Below are positions 49,939 to 64,000 of a DNA stretch of 64,000 nucleotides, piece by piece. Every line of letters begins with the position of its first letter. Positions within the stretch are counted from its first letter, which is position 1. Both the position numbers and the translations under genes were made by a program. The DNA is from Octopus bimaculoides (taxonomy: Eukaryota). The stretch covers positions 32,531,397 through 32,595,396 of the forward strand of contig NC_068984.1 of NCBI RefSeq assembly GCF_001194135.2, in the 5' to 3' direction. The notes beneath the pieces are model-generated. The model was not told where the DNA came from and ran no database searches. It worked only from the letters and a program-made list of their open reading frames with translations.

Positions 49939-49940
<2 letters not shown>
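49686..49940 (+). mobile_element. RTE-type 3' tail element ending in (GAT)n
   Basis: actggcacccatgctggt modules, ttaggaagggcatccagc, cagcatggaaa..gatgatgat. Confidence 0.8.
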
Positions 49941-50003
<63 letters not shown>

Positions 50004-50972
50004 ATATGGGAGAATTTACGAAAAAAACAACAGACGAGGACAGGTGGTGTAAACAACAAATGGATGTATTAGTTTAATGCTCAGGAATAGAGAATGTCTT
50101 TGACGTTTCGAGCTACGCTCTTCAACTGANNNNNNNNNNNNNNNNNNNNNNNNNNNNNNNNNNNNNNNNNNNNNNNNNNNNNNNNNNNNNNNNNNNNNNN
50201 NNNNNNNNNNNNNNNNNNNNNNNNNNNNNNNNNNNNNNNNNNNNNNNNNNNNNNNNNNNNNNNNNNNNNNNNNNNNNNNNNNNNNNNNNNNNNNNNNNNN
50301 NNNNNNNNNNNNNNNNNNNNNNNNNNNNNNNNNNNNNNNNNNNNNNNNNNNNNNNNNNNNNNNNNNNATATATATATATATATACGAAATAGATGTTAAA
50401 TTATCTATAATCTAGTAAGCAAACGACAGATTTGTCATGATTTTATCATCTCCGATCATAGATGTATTCATCTAGGTTGACTTGTAGCATAACAACATCA
50501 CCAGCAACAGCAACTAGAACTTCTGACAGAAATCTATGTTTGCATATGGAATTATAAATTGTTTACATCATTATAATACAATTTCCTTCTTTTATTGTTT
50601 CATGACAATTTTTCCTTGCAGTACCTTTAAGATTGTCGAGACTATAACTGTATACAGAATATTAATTGCACAATTACTTAGGTGGTGTTTTTATAATGTT
50701 ATTTTTTGTTCTTTTATATTGAGTAGGCTGATCATTGCTTTTTAGTCTTCTTCACTCAATTAATTGAAATTGGTAACACTAATCACTAGCAGTGATTTCT
50801 TAATATTTTGACAGGTGTAACTCATCTAATTTTTCTGACTCAATTAAAAAAGACCTGGTGATAATTAGCATAGCTAATTCATTGGAAAGATGGTGATTCA
50901 TTCTTTGTTGTAGCAACTATGCTATAATAATTGTACCTCAGCTGCACTAATTCTTCCACATTTTCATTTCAG

Positions 50973-51040
50973 TGTCAGTGATTTTAACCACTAAATTCTT
51001 CTTAGATTATTTATTACGGTGTTTTGGCAATGTTACAAAT
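50973..51040 (+). pseudogene. Weak segment VILTTKFFLDYLLRCFGNVT
   Basis: Strong ttttcatttcag| acceptor; loose resemblance to VFRVKILDPNYSFCNLT. Confidence 0.25.
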
Positions 51041-51526
51041 GTCTGATTACCCTAAAAGATCATCTAATATTGGGAAGACAAAACATTTTAAAGTTTTAAG
51101 GTTTTTAGTTGTGTCTTCCTATTATTGAAAGTGTTTTGCTTGTCATATCCCTGGCATCATCAAAAACAACAACAACAGCCCAAGAAATATATCTAAGACT
51201 GTATTACCTGTTGTGTTTTTTCACTCTTTTACTAGTAAGGTGTGATCTAATGGAGGCTGAAATACTACTATTCAAATGACCACATAGAAGTTCCTTCATA
51301 AGCTTAGAAATAAGTTCACCAGCAAAAGTGGGATTGATAGCAGAAATAGTTTAGATATTTCTAACATTATTTCTGAGGGTTATAATTGAGACTTTTAATG
51401 ACTATTGAAATATTTTTTCTGTCAGTGTTATGCTTTGGAGTAAGAATATTCTAAGTGTTGGTTTTGATATTGTAGCATAATAGTCTTTCATGGTGAACTG
51501 CAAGAAATGTCACTTATTTTTGTCAG

Positions 51527-51684
51527 GGATCTTATTAAATCAATCGATCATGGCATATGTGCTACTCCAGAGAGTTTATGTCAAGTGTGTTTTTGTTTTC
51601 AGTATGAATGTGCTTCTGATTTTCTTGTTGATAATGCCTAAGTCTGATGTTAAAGAGTTTATTAGTCTAACAGATAGGTTGTGA
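51527..51684 (+). pseudogene. Candidate terminal exon with hydrophobic (transmembrane-like) segment GILLNQSIMAYVLLQRVYVKCVFVFSMNVLLIFLLIMPK...DRL*
   Basis: cacttatttttgtcag| acceptor; open to TGA at 51682-51684; resembles GLIPSPSVYLVASFLFVLMLLFFTILV. Confidence 0.4.
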
Positions 51685-52534
51685 GTGAAACTGGATTTTT
51701 GTTTATTAATGCACATAATTACATATATATGGACATATTCGAAAATATATGCATGCATATGGGCAAAAATATATGAACATTTCAAGGTTCATATGTGTAT
51801 GTATTACTGTATTTATATATTATTTATATAATGCGATATACTATGGAAAAATGCATTCTTATGCATTCATCTGGTTAAGAGTAAAATCAAGGAATTGTGT
51901 GTATGCAATTCTCTATATTAATTATTAATATAATATCATTATAAATAACCACACAAAACAAAGACTAGAAAACCCCATTAAATATTTGCAGTAACGTAGT
52001 CTTCTCAATTCTTTGCTTCCACAAAACAATCAGTCTAAAATTTCTGAATAGAAATCTAATTTCACCAAAATTAGTTCAAACTTCGTTTGGCATATGCTGT
52101 GTTACCAACTAATTTATTTTCAAGCATTCTGTTTGTAAAACTCAAGTCATTACATAAACTGACTAATACAAAGAATATTGCGACCTGAATTTGACATACT
52201 TCCATGCTTGACTGAATCTAAAACAACCAAAATATTCCAACATCAAACTAAATAAAATCTCCTCACAATAACTTTCTATCATCTCCAACACCCTAAAACA
52301 CATACTTTCCTCCTACCTCCTTTATCACTGCTTCCTCAGACTGCTTACAACAGATCTAAGTACCGTTTCACATTGTTTCACCTACCCTCACCCACAAACA
52401 TTCAAATTATGAGAGACTATCATACCCAAGAACATCCCCAATAAAACACAGTCTGAATGATGTATGCAAACTGGAACTTCAAAATTACTACTGCCATTCT
52501 TTTCTTTCCACAAGTTTCTTTTCTACTCTAGACA

Positions 52535-52730
52535 CAAAACCGAAATTTTGGGGGAGGGGGGCCAGTTGATTAGATCGACCCAGTATGCAACTGGTACTTA
52601 ATTTATCGACCACAAAAGGATGAAAAGTTAAGTCGACCTTGGCGGATTTTGAACTCAGAACATAAAGACAGACGAAATACTGCCAAGCATTTCACCCGGC
52701 ATGCTAACGTTTCTTCCAGCTCACCACCTT
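52535..52730 (-). mobile_element. SINE family A
   Basis: aaattttgggggaggggg..ctggtacttaatttatcgac..gtcgaccttggcggatt.tgaactcagaac..ccagctcaccacctt. Confidence 0.85.
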
Positions 52731-54420
52731 TTCCTTCCAGAAGTTTAACAAACATTTACTCTACTAAGCAGCATTCAGTAATCCTTCAGATAAATATTAA
52801 AGTCTTTTTATATATAACTTGACATAAAAACAAATATCTGTATTGTGGGATGCGCAATGTTTTAGGTTACAAGCTGTTAAAGGTTTATAACCAGAAGCAT
52901 TATGTCATGTAGCAGTATTTTCCCTTGTTAATGGCAGCCAAAATTATTCTTCGTTTTTTAGTTACTTTGTTTCACAGGGCCTTAAGTTATGTTCAATCTA
53001 ACTGTGGAAGAATAAAACTTGCAATGATAAGATGAAATAAACATTTTCAATATAGCTAAAGGTTTCCATGTTAATAATATGATATTAAATAACATAGATA
53101 TTGATATCAATAAACATTAAATGTTTATTCAGAGACTAAAATTGATATATAAATATATTCTGTAAAAATCGTAAAATCATAACCAATATTTAAAATATCT
53201 TTGTTAAGCATTAATAAAATATCATTAGACTGTTACATGCTAAATATATGTAATAGAAATAGGCAAATATAAATAAAAATATGTCTGGTTGCATGTTGAA
53301 CAAGCATTCTTAAGCTGTGTGTTCCTTTCAACTGGACCTTTGAACCAGGAACCAAAGTATGTGAAAAACAAATGTTGAGGTGGCAAATAATATAGGGTAA
53401 TTATGTTACAACTAAATACAAGCTATATAGAATTTTTCTATGATATTCTTTGATAATGGCATCATGATTCTTTGCAGAACCTCAACTGCTGAAATAGATG
53501 TGAAACACCAATATATATGTGCATAGATCTCATAGATTCTGCAGAATTGGCATGCAGTTTGAATTGGCATAGCCGTAGTTACCTATCTTTTTTTTGTGTT
53601 GTTGTACAAAATGAGAAGTCATGAAAATATGACCTCAATTACCACACACATCCAAATACATATATATTTTATATATACATACATATATATATATATANNN
53701 NNNNNNNNNNNNNNNNNNNNNNNNNNNNNNNNNNNNNNNNNNNNNNNNNNNNNNNNNNNNNNNNNNNNNNNNNNNNNNNNNNNNNNNNNNNNNNNNNNNN
53801 NNNNNNNNNNNNNNNNNNNNNNNNNNNNNNNNNNNNNNNNNNNNNNNNNNNNNNNNNNNNNNNNNNNNNNNNNNNNNNNNNNNNNNNNNNNNNNNNNNNN
53901 NNNNNNNNNNNNNNNNNNNNNNNNNNNNNNNNNNNNNNNNNNNNNNNNNNNNNNNNNNNNNNNNNNNNNNNNNNNNNNNNNNNNNNNNNNNNNNNNNNNN
54001 NNNNNNNNNNNNNNNNNNNNNNNNNNNNNNNNNNNNNNNNNNNNNNNNNNNNNNNNNNNNNNNNNNNNNNNNNNNNNNNNNNNNNNNNNNNNNNNNNNNN
54101 NNNNNNNNNNNNNNNNNNNNNNNNNNNNNNNNNNNNNNNNNNNNNNNNNNNNNNNNNNNNNNNNNNNNNNNNNNNNNNNNNNNNNNNNNNNNNNNNNNNN
54201 NNNNNNNNNNNNNNNNNNNNNNNNNNNNNNNNNNNNNNNNNNNNNNNNNNNNNNNNNNNNNNNNNNNNNNNNNNNNNNNNNNNNNNNNNNNNNNNNNNNN
54301 NNNNNNNNNNNNNNNNNNNNNNNNNNNNNNNNNNNNNNNNNNNNNNNNNNNNNNNNNNNNNNNNNNNNNNNNNNNNNNNNNNNNNNNNNNNNNNNNNNNN
54401 NNNNNNNNNNNNNNNNNNNN

Positions 54421-54473
<53 letters not shown>

Positions 54474-54482
<9 letters not shown>

Positions 54483-55430
54483 CGGTATCCAGAAGACCCA
54501 AGGTGGCAGGTAACACTATGTAAATGTTATGGAAGGACCATAGTTAAACTCTCAGTTCAATAATGATACGAGTGAGGAGTCTAATGCGGGTATTGTATGA
54601 GCATGTATATGCTAAATAAAATGAGGCAACAAAGCCAAGGCTGTGTGTTGTCTTCAGGACATTTATAAAGAGAAAGTCTTACAGCTGTTTCTGGGATATT
54701 GGGGATATCCCTTCATCAGAGACGATGTGAAATGGTTAAATAGAGGGAAATATTAGAGTTCAATATAGGGGTTATTTTGGAAAAGGAAGCAAATAAGGAG
54801 TATGTAGGGAAATAGGAGAATGAATGTAGAAATAAAAATAAAAATGTATAAAGATGCTATAGTTGCAATTCCATTATCAACGGAAAGTGGTGTGTAGAAG
54901 TGGTATAAATGCTGCCTGTCCATGGTATGTAAATTCCAATGAGTTCATATTTTGTCATCACAAATGGAAAGTGTGGAGACATGGATTCCATGTGCTGTTC
55001 ATTCAAAGGGGTCTTGTGGTGAGAATGAAAATTTGAGAATGTAGTGATAGTATTAAGTGGATGGAGAGGGAAGAATGTGCATGTTAAAACGAAGAGAGGT
55101 CAAAGTAAAAGGTGAGAAAAGAAGAAGGAAAGAAAGAGGAAGAGAAAATGTAAAGAGGTGTAAGGAAGTGAAAAAATTGAAAAAGGAGAGTTAATTAGTG
55201 GTCAAGATATTAAGAAGGGAGATGGGAAAGGAGTAGGATGAGATAAGAATGTAAGTAATGAATATCTGTGAAGTGTTTAAGGTAGAGTGATATGTTAGAA
55301 TGGCATTAAGAGATGGGTACAGAAAAAGGTATAGGAGGAAGGTTTTCTAAAGTGAGAAGTAAACCACAAAATGGAAGGGAAGAATACTAAAAATGGTCAA
55401 GTTTTCATAAATAGACTTATGTGTTTATTC
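54474..55430 (-). mobile_element. Degenerate Penelope-like retroelement fragment
   Basis: Shares the terminal motif with 48905-49590; the minus strand has a ..NFHSHHK.. remnant of the post-RT Y.x.F.S.HP motif. Confidence 0.45.
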
Positions 55431-57002
55431 TACTGGCTAATGTAATAGAGTGCGTAGAGGAATCAGAGAAAGAAATAAAGAAGTGCATATTGATATACAC
55501 ACGCTCACATATGCATATATATGTGTGTGTATGCATTATTATATAGGCTTGCATACTTGTATATATGTATATATATANNNNNNNNNNNNNNNNNNNNNNN
55601 NNNNNNNNNNNNNNNNNNNNNNNNNNNNNNNNNNNNNNNNNNNNNNNNNNNNNNNNNNNNNNNNNNNNNNNNNNNNNNNNNNNNNNNNNNNNNNNNNNNN
55701 NNNNNNNNNNNNNNNNNNNNNNNNNNNNNNNNNNNNNNNNNNNNNNNNNNNNNNNNNNNNNNNNNNNNNNNNNNNNNNNNNNNNNNNNNNNNNNNNNNNN
55801 NNNNNNNNNNNNNNNNNNNNNNNNNNNNNNNNNNNNNNNNNNNNNNNNNNNNNNNNNNNNNNNNNNNNNNNNNNNNNNNNNNNNNNNNNNNNNNNNNNNN
55901 NNNNNNNNNNNNNNNNNNNNNNNNNNNNNNNNNNNNNNNNNNNNNNNNNNNNNATATATATATATATATATATATATAAAGAGAGAAAGAGAGAGGTAGG
56001 TAGATAGATAGATAGATAAAGACTAATTTCTCAGCAAGTCTTTCCATATATTCTTATGTTATAGTAACATAGTATTCTCTGTGCATGACGCAAAACCATA
56101 ACAATGAAATAATACAATATGCATGTTAAAATGTACTTGACAAATACATAGGGAAATAGAAGTATGAATATGAAAATATATATCTATTCTTTCCTGTACC
56201 CATTCATAAAGTTTCATATTGCATTGTATCATCAACAGAGGGGGAAAATATTTATATATTGCAGCAGTTCTTTGTAATTGTATTCCTTTCCATTTAACTT
56301 TTGTTATGTATTTTATTATCATGCAATTATTTCTATAGTTACACACCAGCATGTCTGAATGGTTAAGCAGTTTACTTTATGAATGATGACTTCCCAGGTT
56401 TTAACCTACTGCATGGAGACTTGTAATTATCTTTTGCCTTAGCTATGCAATGACCCAAGCCTTGTGAGAGAAATTGGTTAGCCAGAAAGTATTTGCAGCC
56501 TGTCAGAGGGACAGATATCCAAATTAAATAAAATAAATAAATAAAATAAAATAAGACCTGTCTGACAGTGTCACAGAGTTATTGTCTGATAATTATATAT
56601 GTATTCATGTTTTGGAATATATTGCCACTTATTATTTCAATGAAAAATCTGTTTTACTGCTCAAGAAATAAAACACTCATTATTGAAACTGACACAAATT
56701 CATTTAACATTTCTATACACCCACAATACTCATAATAGGGATTAAATTCATTTTATTTATTATTAACTAAACTCTCTTTTAGTTATGCTAAATGTTTTGT
56801 AAACCATACACACACACAAATTATTAAGGTGGCTATTTGCAATTTACAACCGTAATGTAGCAGTTATATTTGTTACTAAAGTAACTGAGAGTACTAGTCA
56901 GCACCAGCATTGCTAGAAATAAGAGTCAAAACAACTCTTAGCCATGTGAGAGCACTTTTCTAATGACTGACATATGTATGTATGTATGTATATACATATA
57001 TA

Positions 57003-57858
57003 CAGGGTGCAATGGGTAAATTGTTGCCATTTTATATTTTTAATTTCATGCATGTGTATAGTTTGTTTTTAATTTTGTCAACTACACAGTATGGTAGGGA
57101 CAGTAGGGCACTGTCTGTGAGAAAAACAGCACCATGATGCAATTCACTCTTTCAGAAATTTGAAAACGGCTTGCTGTACTGCTTGTCATTCATGCCAGAA
57201 GCTCCAATATGAACATTTCAGTGTTGGGTGTAAATCTGAGTCCCCCAAAAACATATACCGAGAGTGATAAAAATCAAACATCCAGTCAACATAATGGTGC
57301 TTGTAGTGATCACTAGTGATGGTGACATTATGTCTCCATTCATCTTCCCACACAACACGTAGGCCTACATCAAGTGCATGGAGGAGGTAGTGCTGCCCTG
57401 GGTCAAGAAGGTGGCTGCTGGAAGACCCTATGTCTGGAAATAGGACTCTGCATCATGCTATACAAACAGGAGAACCAAGTCATGGCTATCAGAAATTTCT
57501 GAAACTACATCACTCCTAACATCTGGCCACCTAACTCCCCAGACTGCACCCCACCTGATTATTATGTGTAGGGCAGAGTTGAATGAGAGACCTACAAAAC
57601 TCCATGTAACACCAAAGATGAACTGAAGACAAGGATTATAGCAGCATTCACCAACTTAAACAAGGAGACTGCCCAGAAGAGATGCTGAAGTCGTCTAGAG
57701 GCCGTAGTTGAAGCCAATGGTGATTGTATTGAATAAATTTACTCTTTAGTATTTCAAGATATTTTTATGTAATTTTGGTAAGTATATTCGTTAAAGTGAG
57801 ATGTCAGTGTTATTTTCTTTTTTCATAATTTAGATGAAAATATATTCACCACACTCTG
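57003..57858 (+). mobile_element. maT-like (DD37D) Tc1/mariner element, internally deleted
   Basis: TA|CAGGGTG..CACTCTG|TA ends; reads ITSDGDIMSPFIFP..VVLPWVKKVAAGRPYVW.*DSA...WPPNSPDC.P.DY...LEAVVEANGD.IE*. Confidence 0.85.
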
Positions 57859-58059
57859 TATATATATTTATGTCTTAAAGTACAAGGTGAGTTGATATGA
57901 GTGGGGACAGAGGAACAAGGACTGTTAACTGGTAGAGGTTGCATGATTGCATTGGGGAGTGAGATATGAAGAATTTGGTGAGGGAAAGAGTGTAGGCAGC
58001 AAATGTAAAAATTGGGCAGGGTTGAAGGGTAGACATAGTGAATGGTAGGTAAGGGATGG

Positions 58060-58484
58060 GAAATGACCTGTGTTAAAATGACCACAGATGCTTACATAGC
58101 CTTTCTGAGGAAGCACCTTCAATCCTGGTTAAAAAAGCAAAGGATCATTTTGAAGACAACCATAATATTTATGCAAGATAATGTGCCCTTGCACTCACTG
58201 AAGAAAACTATACAGCATCTGCAACAACTAGGCTTCTGGGAACCTTGGAAGGTGAAGTGAACTGCCTGTTCCCCCAATTTAGACCCAATAGAAAACTTTT
58301 GGGTATTCTAAAGCAATGGGTTTACGAAAATGGATGCCAATTTAGGAGAAAGGATGAATTGTGGCTGGCAAAAGTAGATGCATCACGTGGTATAACGTCA
58401 GAGGACATCCAGATGGTAACATGTTCCATAGACCAGTGCCTTTTCCAACTTATTTCAAACAAAGTCCCATATATCCCTTATTAA
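58060..58484 (+). mobile_element. Tc1-like (DD34E-type) transposase 3' fragment
   Basis: IIFMQDNVPLHS...ACSPNLDPIENFW..LKQWVY..G.QF..KDELW. Confidence 0.85.
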
Positions 58485-58932
58485 CTATCTCACCAATCAT
58501 TTTTGAATGCTGTTTTTTGTTATTTTTATTTATTCCATCTTTATGATTGTATGTGTTCATTTCAGTATCAGCATCATGGTATTTTCTTGTTTACATGAGT
58601 TTTCATTACTTGCTAATAATTTAAAACAGTGAAAGTTTATGTAAATTTGGTAAATGGCCATACTTTCTGTGTTGTTTTACAGAACCTCGTGTTTTTTACA
58701 CACCATGCGCTTATAACTGCTGGCATCATTCTCTGAAACTTTAGCTGAATTCCAACAAGTAGTTTTTAAATAAAACTAAAAAATGTATCATCATTAATAA
58801 TTTTAAATGCCATGTATATGTGTGTGTGTGTGTGTGTATATATATATGTACATGTATATGTATATATATATGTATATATGTATGTATATATATATATATA
58901 TATATGTATATATTTATATATATGTATATATA

Positions 58933-58982
<50 letters not shown>

Positions 58983-59888
58983 TTTTTGTTCTATATATCT
59001 ACAATTAGTTTTTGCCTAAATAACTTTAAATACCACTGGGTTTTCACCCCAATTAAATATAGAATAAATAGTAGCATATAGTTTTGCTATCAAGTAATAA
59101 CTATCATCATAATAATTATCATCTTCCTCCTCGTCATCATCATCATCATCATCATCATCATCACCACTCCTACATCCTTTTTCTATGCTGGAATAGATTG
59201 TAAATTTCATTTGAATACAACTTTTCTGCATTTGTTGTACTCCTTTGTAATTTTCTTTGTCAAAATCTTGCATCTAGAAATCAAACCACATCTCTTTATC
59301 CAATGTCTTTAATCTTCCTCTTTCGCAAGTTCCTTCAATCATATCATTAGAAACTTTTTCCCCCAACTGCTATTCCATAATATATAACACATAATTTACT
59401 CCTCTTAAATCATTTATCATTGTCAACATTAACTTTGTAAGTTTAATATTAGTAATGTTTAAATAAAGCCAATCCATTTGTTGTAGGTATGAGAAAAGAG
59501 CAGCATTTTCTGCAACCTTTCTCTGAGGCTATTTTTGTTTGCATGCATTTGCTGCTTATATCACAAGAAATGTTACTTGTAATATCATTATTACTGTTAT
59601 TGTCATGTGTGATTGAGGTTTACATATTATAGAAGAGTATCGTTTTGCGATACATGATTCCATTTAAGCTGCAACTGTATAGGACAGATGCTTCCCGTTA
59701 TTTGACAGTTTCACAAGTTTTAATATCTGTTTTAATCCTGCTAACATTAAGAAATAATGTAAGTGATTATCAAAATAGTAGTAACCACCTTAGTTGTTGG
59801 TTGTAAAAATGTGAGGAAATAACTTATAAAAGACTTTTAATTGAATATCAAAGAACAGATGCTTATATCATGAATTTTTACTATTTCT

Positions 59889-59962
59889 CATATTCTTTTA
59901 ATTGTTTCCTCATATTCTTTTAATTGTTTCCTCATATTCTTTTAATTGTTTCCTCATATTCT
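59889..59962. repeat. 22-bp tandem repeat, about 3.3 copies (catattcttttaattgtttcct)
   Basis: Direct; other short tandem duplications at 32208-32275 (21 bp x3) and 36954-37011 (28 bp x2). Confidence 0.9.
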
Positions 59963-62836
59963 TATTTGTTAGATTTTGTGTAGTATGACCACAGACTGTT
60001 AGATTTTGTGTTTGTGTAGTAAGACCACAGTTTTCCATTTCCATGCTGAAAAGTGAAAACACTCAGATTTATAAAGCAAAATGATTAATTACTAGATAAT
60101 TCTTTAAACCTGGAAATACCGAACTTAAGCCTCATTTTCTGTCATGCACACTTATATCAATAGAATCTGCAGCCATCAGCTGTATTTAAAAATCTACTTA
60201 CAATATCAGCAGACAAATCACTAATCTATTGGTGGATGCAACAGAAACACACTCTTTAACAAAGAGTCAATAGCAAGCCTCTGCCTTGACATAGATGGGC
60301 AACAAACTGGTTCAAATTTTACCTCTGAGAGAGCCTCTATGATGTAGCACTTTGACCCATGCATAATGGCCAAAATCTCCCTCAGGTTGCACACTACTGT
60401 CTTAAACTTTTTGATACTAATCCACCTGAAATTGCTCCTTTTTCTATGATACAAACTTCCAGTTATAAAGTGATCTAAATTAAAAACATCATTGAAAATT
60501 TCATGTTAATTTATGTTCCAAACACTAGCTTAATAATGGCATTACTATTTTATTAAATTATTCCATAATTTTCAAAATTAATAAAAAAAGTAAATCAGAA
60601 TATGTCAACAGAGATATGCTAACAAAAGGTTATCTCTACAGATTATCTACAGAAAAATATAGCCAGCCCTGATTTTGTTACAACCTTTCATATCTGAGAT
60701 TCTTGATCTAAACAACAATGAGATCGAAGGTGAAAAATGGGTAATGGATATATAAGACATATTTCAAGAGTTTTTGATCCTTCACCAACCCATTAATCAT
60801 CCATGAACACAAGCTACTAAATATAATGTTGTAACATTATTGGATATCCCAGTTTTACATATTACACACATCTATGGAAGCTGGCATGTAAATATTAATG
60901 TAGGGACAGAGTATTTCGTCATGCAATCATAATATACTTTGTAGTATATTATGCTTGCATAACAAAATGCTGTGTCCCTACAGATCATTAACGGTAGCAA
61001 AAGGGTTGAATGAAGAAAGAATATAAGGATAACATTGTATTGTGATCATAGTCCGCTTTTATTTCAGCTGACTTGGAGTTAGACAACAACAACAACAACT
61101 TCTAATTTCTAATTAGAAGAAGGTAAAATAAACAATTGCTTCAACAGTATGCAATGACAAACAGCATGAAAACTCAGGCAAATAAATCCAACTATGCCAC
61201 AAGAAGAGAGGTTGAAGCCAGATAAAGAGAAAATTAAAATAAATAAATAGAATTACTAATAAAAAATATAAATAAATAAATAATTAAATGGTAGTTATTT
61301 AATGATAGTGTCCAATATCAACTTTCAATGATATATCTATTTGATATTGGCATTGCTGGGAGAAGTTATAATTAAGAGATTTCATTGGCTGACAACATCA
61401 GTCATAAATGTCGGTTACTTTTACTGCTTGTCTTGCTGGAAATTATTAGAAATTTTACAGAAAAAAAAAAAGATTTATTTTTGTCCTGTTTTCTTTCGTT
61501 TTTAATTTTTAGTTTTATTTTATTCATTTATATAATATGAGTGGACATCTATTTTTTGGAATATGTTTTTATTTATTCATGTAATTGTTTAATATTTTTG
61601 CCAGATGTTTGGAAATCAATATTAGGTTTATTTGCTTAGTGATTGTCATTAATACTCCCTTTCTTTCATATATTTCTGTTTGTCTGTGTCTCTCTCTCTC
61701 TTTCTCTTTCATTGCTTCTTTCTATTTCTTTCTCATACACTCATACATTCTCAACTGTCATTTTCTATTCTTTCTTTTATTGTTTACTTTTGTATATCTC
61801 CCTTCATCTATTGTTCTCTCTCTTCCACTTTCTCTTTCTCTCTCTCTCTCTCTCTTTCTCTCTCTTTCTCTTTTTGTTGCACTTCAGCTTTGCATTCCCT
61901 CTCATACATCTACACAATCTCTCCTATGCACATATGTTCTATACGTGTGTATAACTATGTATATTGAATGCACACACAAGCACATACATACACACACATC
62001 ATATACACACACATCATATACACTCACATGTACTCATATATACATATGCAAATACACACATATACACACACCCATATATGCACATACACACACACATGCA
62101 TACACATATATGCACACACATATACCCACACATATACACATGCACAAATGCATAGGTATCTATATGAAGGTATTAAATATATTTTAAATACACCTTCATT
62201 ATATTGTTATCACTATGTACTTATGTGAGGGCATTCGAGCATATTTTCATCCTTTCCGATACATTATTGAATTCAATATATATTTTATAATTAAAACTTT
62301 TGCTCTCTCTATCTGTCAATCTGACTATATCTTTCTCTTTCTCTTTCCTTTTCTCAGCATCTCCGCTCACCAGTAACTCCACCCTCTTGCTCCCAGTCAT
62401 CCATTTCACCAATACACACATATATATACACCATCTTACATCCATCCTACTCTACACTACACTATAGGAAATTGTACATTATTAATTTCAGAATCTCAAC
62501 ATACATAAATGTCACAGACTCTACTAATCAATCAAGAAATCCTGACAAACACCACCAGGAATCTAATATTTCTTATTTCACTTCCTCCCTCTTCCATGTA
62601 GTTGTTATCATCATTGTTTTTTTAAAATTTTTTTCACATAGTTTTATGATTCCTGTTATTATGTAAGTTAATGTTGATATTTTATTGTTTCTCTTTTCTC
62701 ATATGGTGTGTGATTATTATTTAAATATTTTATTCAATTTTTGTTCTATTATTTAAATATTTTATTCAATTTTTGTTCTATTATTATTATCATTGCTATT
62801 GTTGCTACTGTTACTTTTGTTGTTGCTGCTATTGCG

Positions 62837-62900
<64 letters not shown>
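62837..62900. repeat. (ATT)n microsatellite
   Basis: Direct. Confidence 0.95.
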
Positions 62901-62901
<1 letters not shown>

Positions 62902-63965
62902 CGTCAATATTTCATTTATTTTGATTAACTAAACTTTCTAAATGAAAGTTTTGAAATAAAATTATGTTATAAAATGTTTGCTTATTTATTCCGTTTATTT
63001 TCATGCACACACACACACATGCACAGACACAGACACACACACATGCATCCATACACACACATACATACATACATACAGACATACATACATACATACATGC
63101 ATACATGCAAACAAGCTCACACATTTTACTGGTGTATTGGGTTTGGGTTGGGAAATTGTGCTGCTTCCATAATTGTGAAATATACAAGTTGGCAATGTCA
63201 TTGCATTATAATTTGTTCATGCTTAAGGATGTAATCAAGCAAGAGAATAAGCATGAGTGTGTATGTGATAAAGAGATAGATGGATATCTGTATAGGTGTG
63301 TGTGTATGGAGTGACAGCACTAAACAGTGATGTGTATAAAAGCAAACTTGTTACCTGTTCAAATATCTTGAGGCATATTTGAACTCATAAAAAATCATAC
63401 ACTGTATTTTGTCATGGAGAAAATTTCTCACTGTAGATAGATAGGAGCTAATACACGGAGTCAATTTGCAGCCCTTCTAATCAGACTGTTGAATGCATGC
63501 ATTTCTGAGTGATTATCTCCTCCTCAGCTACAGAGACTGGAAAGGCAGATGCTGCAAAGTGACACAAAAGATAGGTATCTCTTATGATAATCCTGTCATC
63601 ATTCAATAACTGTTTGTGCTATTCAGTGGCTCACCATGAATAAAATACAAAACCCATAAAAATGAGCCTCAGACATATTTGAACTGGTAACAAATTTGTG
63701 TATGTGTGTGTCTGTGTGTGTGTACATACATATTCTCTTTTACTCTTTTACTTGTTTCAGTCATTTGGCTGCGGCCAAGCTGGAGCACCACCTTTAGTCA
63801 AGCAAATCAACCCCAAGATTCATTCTTTGTAAGCCTAATACTTATTTATTGGTCTCTTTTGCTGAACTGCTAAGTGACGGGGACGTAAATACACCAGCAT
63901 CGGTTGTCAAGCGATGTTGGGAGGACAAATGCAGACACACCAACATATACACACACAAGCAAATA

Positions 63966-64000
<35 letters not shown>

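Overview
Strongly AT-rich, microsatellite-dense eukaryotic DNA with 11 assembly gaps. The repeat families resemble those of octopod cephalopods (inference). There are no prokaryotic features, CRISPR arrays or bona fide RNA genes, and almost every entry in the ORF track is a microsatellite, N-gap or transposon artefact. Recognisable elements: tRNA-derived SINEs; RTE-like LINE fragments with a PHD-like finger; R4/Dong-like RLE LINE fragments; Penelope-like fragments; hAT, mariner, Tc1 and maT DNA transposon relics; a Helentron-type HINE; and several long foldback elements. The main observation is a chain of about 20 short + strand exon-like segments from 2150 to 51684. Their translations match, in order, the sperm Ca2+ channel auxiliary subunit CatSper-epsilon (CATSPERE). 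The chain appears to carry premature stops, homopolymer frameshifts and a SINE inserted inside an exon, so it may be a fossil (pseudogene) of a lost CatSper complex. This comparison was made by eye against human CATSPERE recalled from memory at low identity, and it needs a real alignment.
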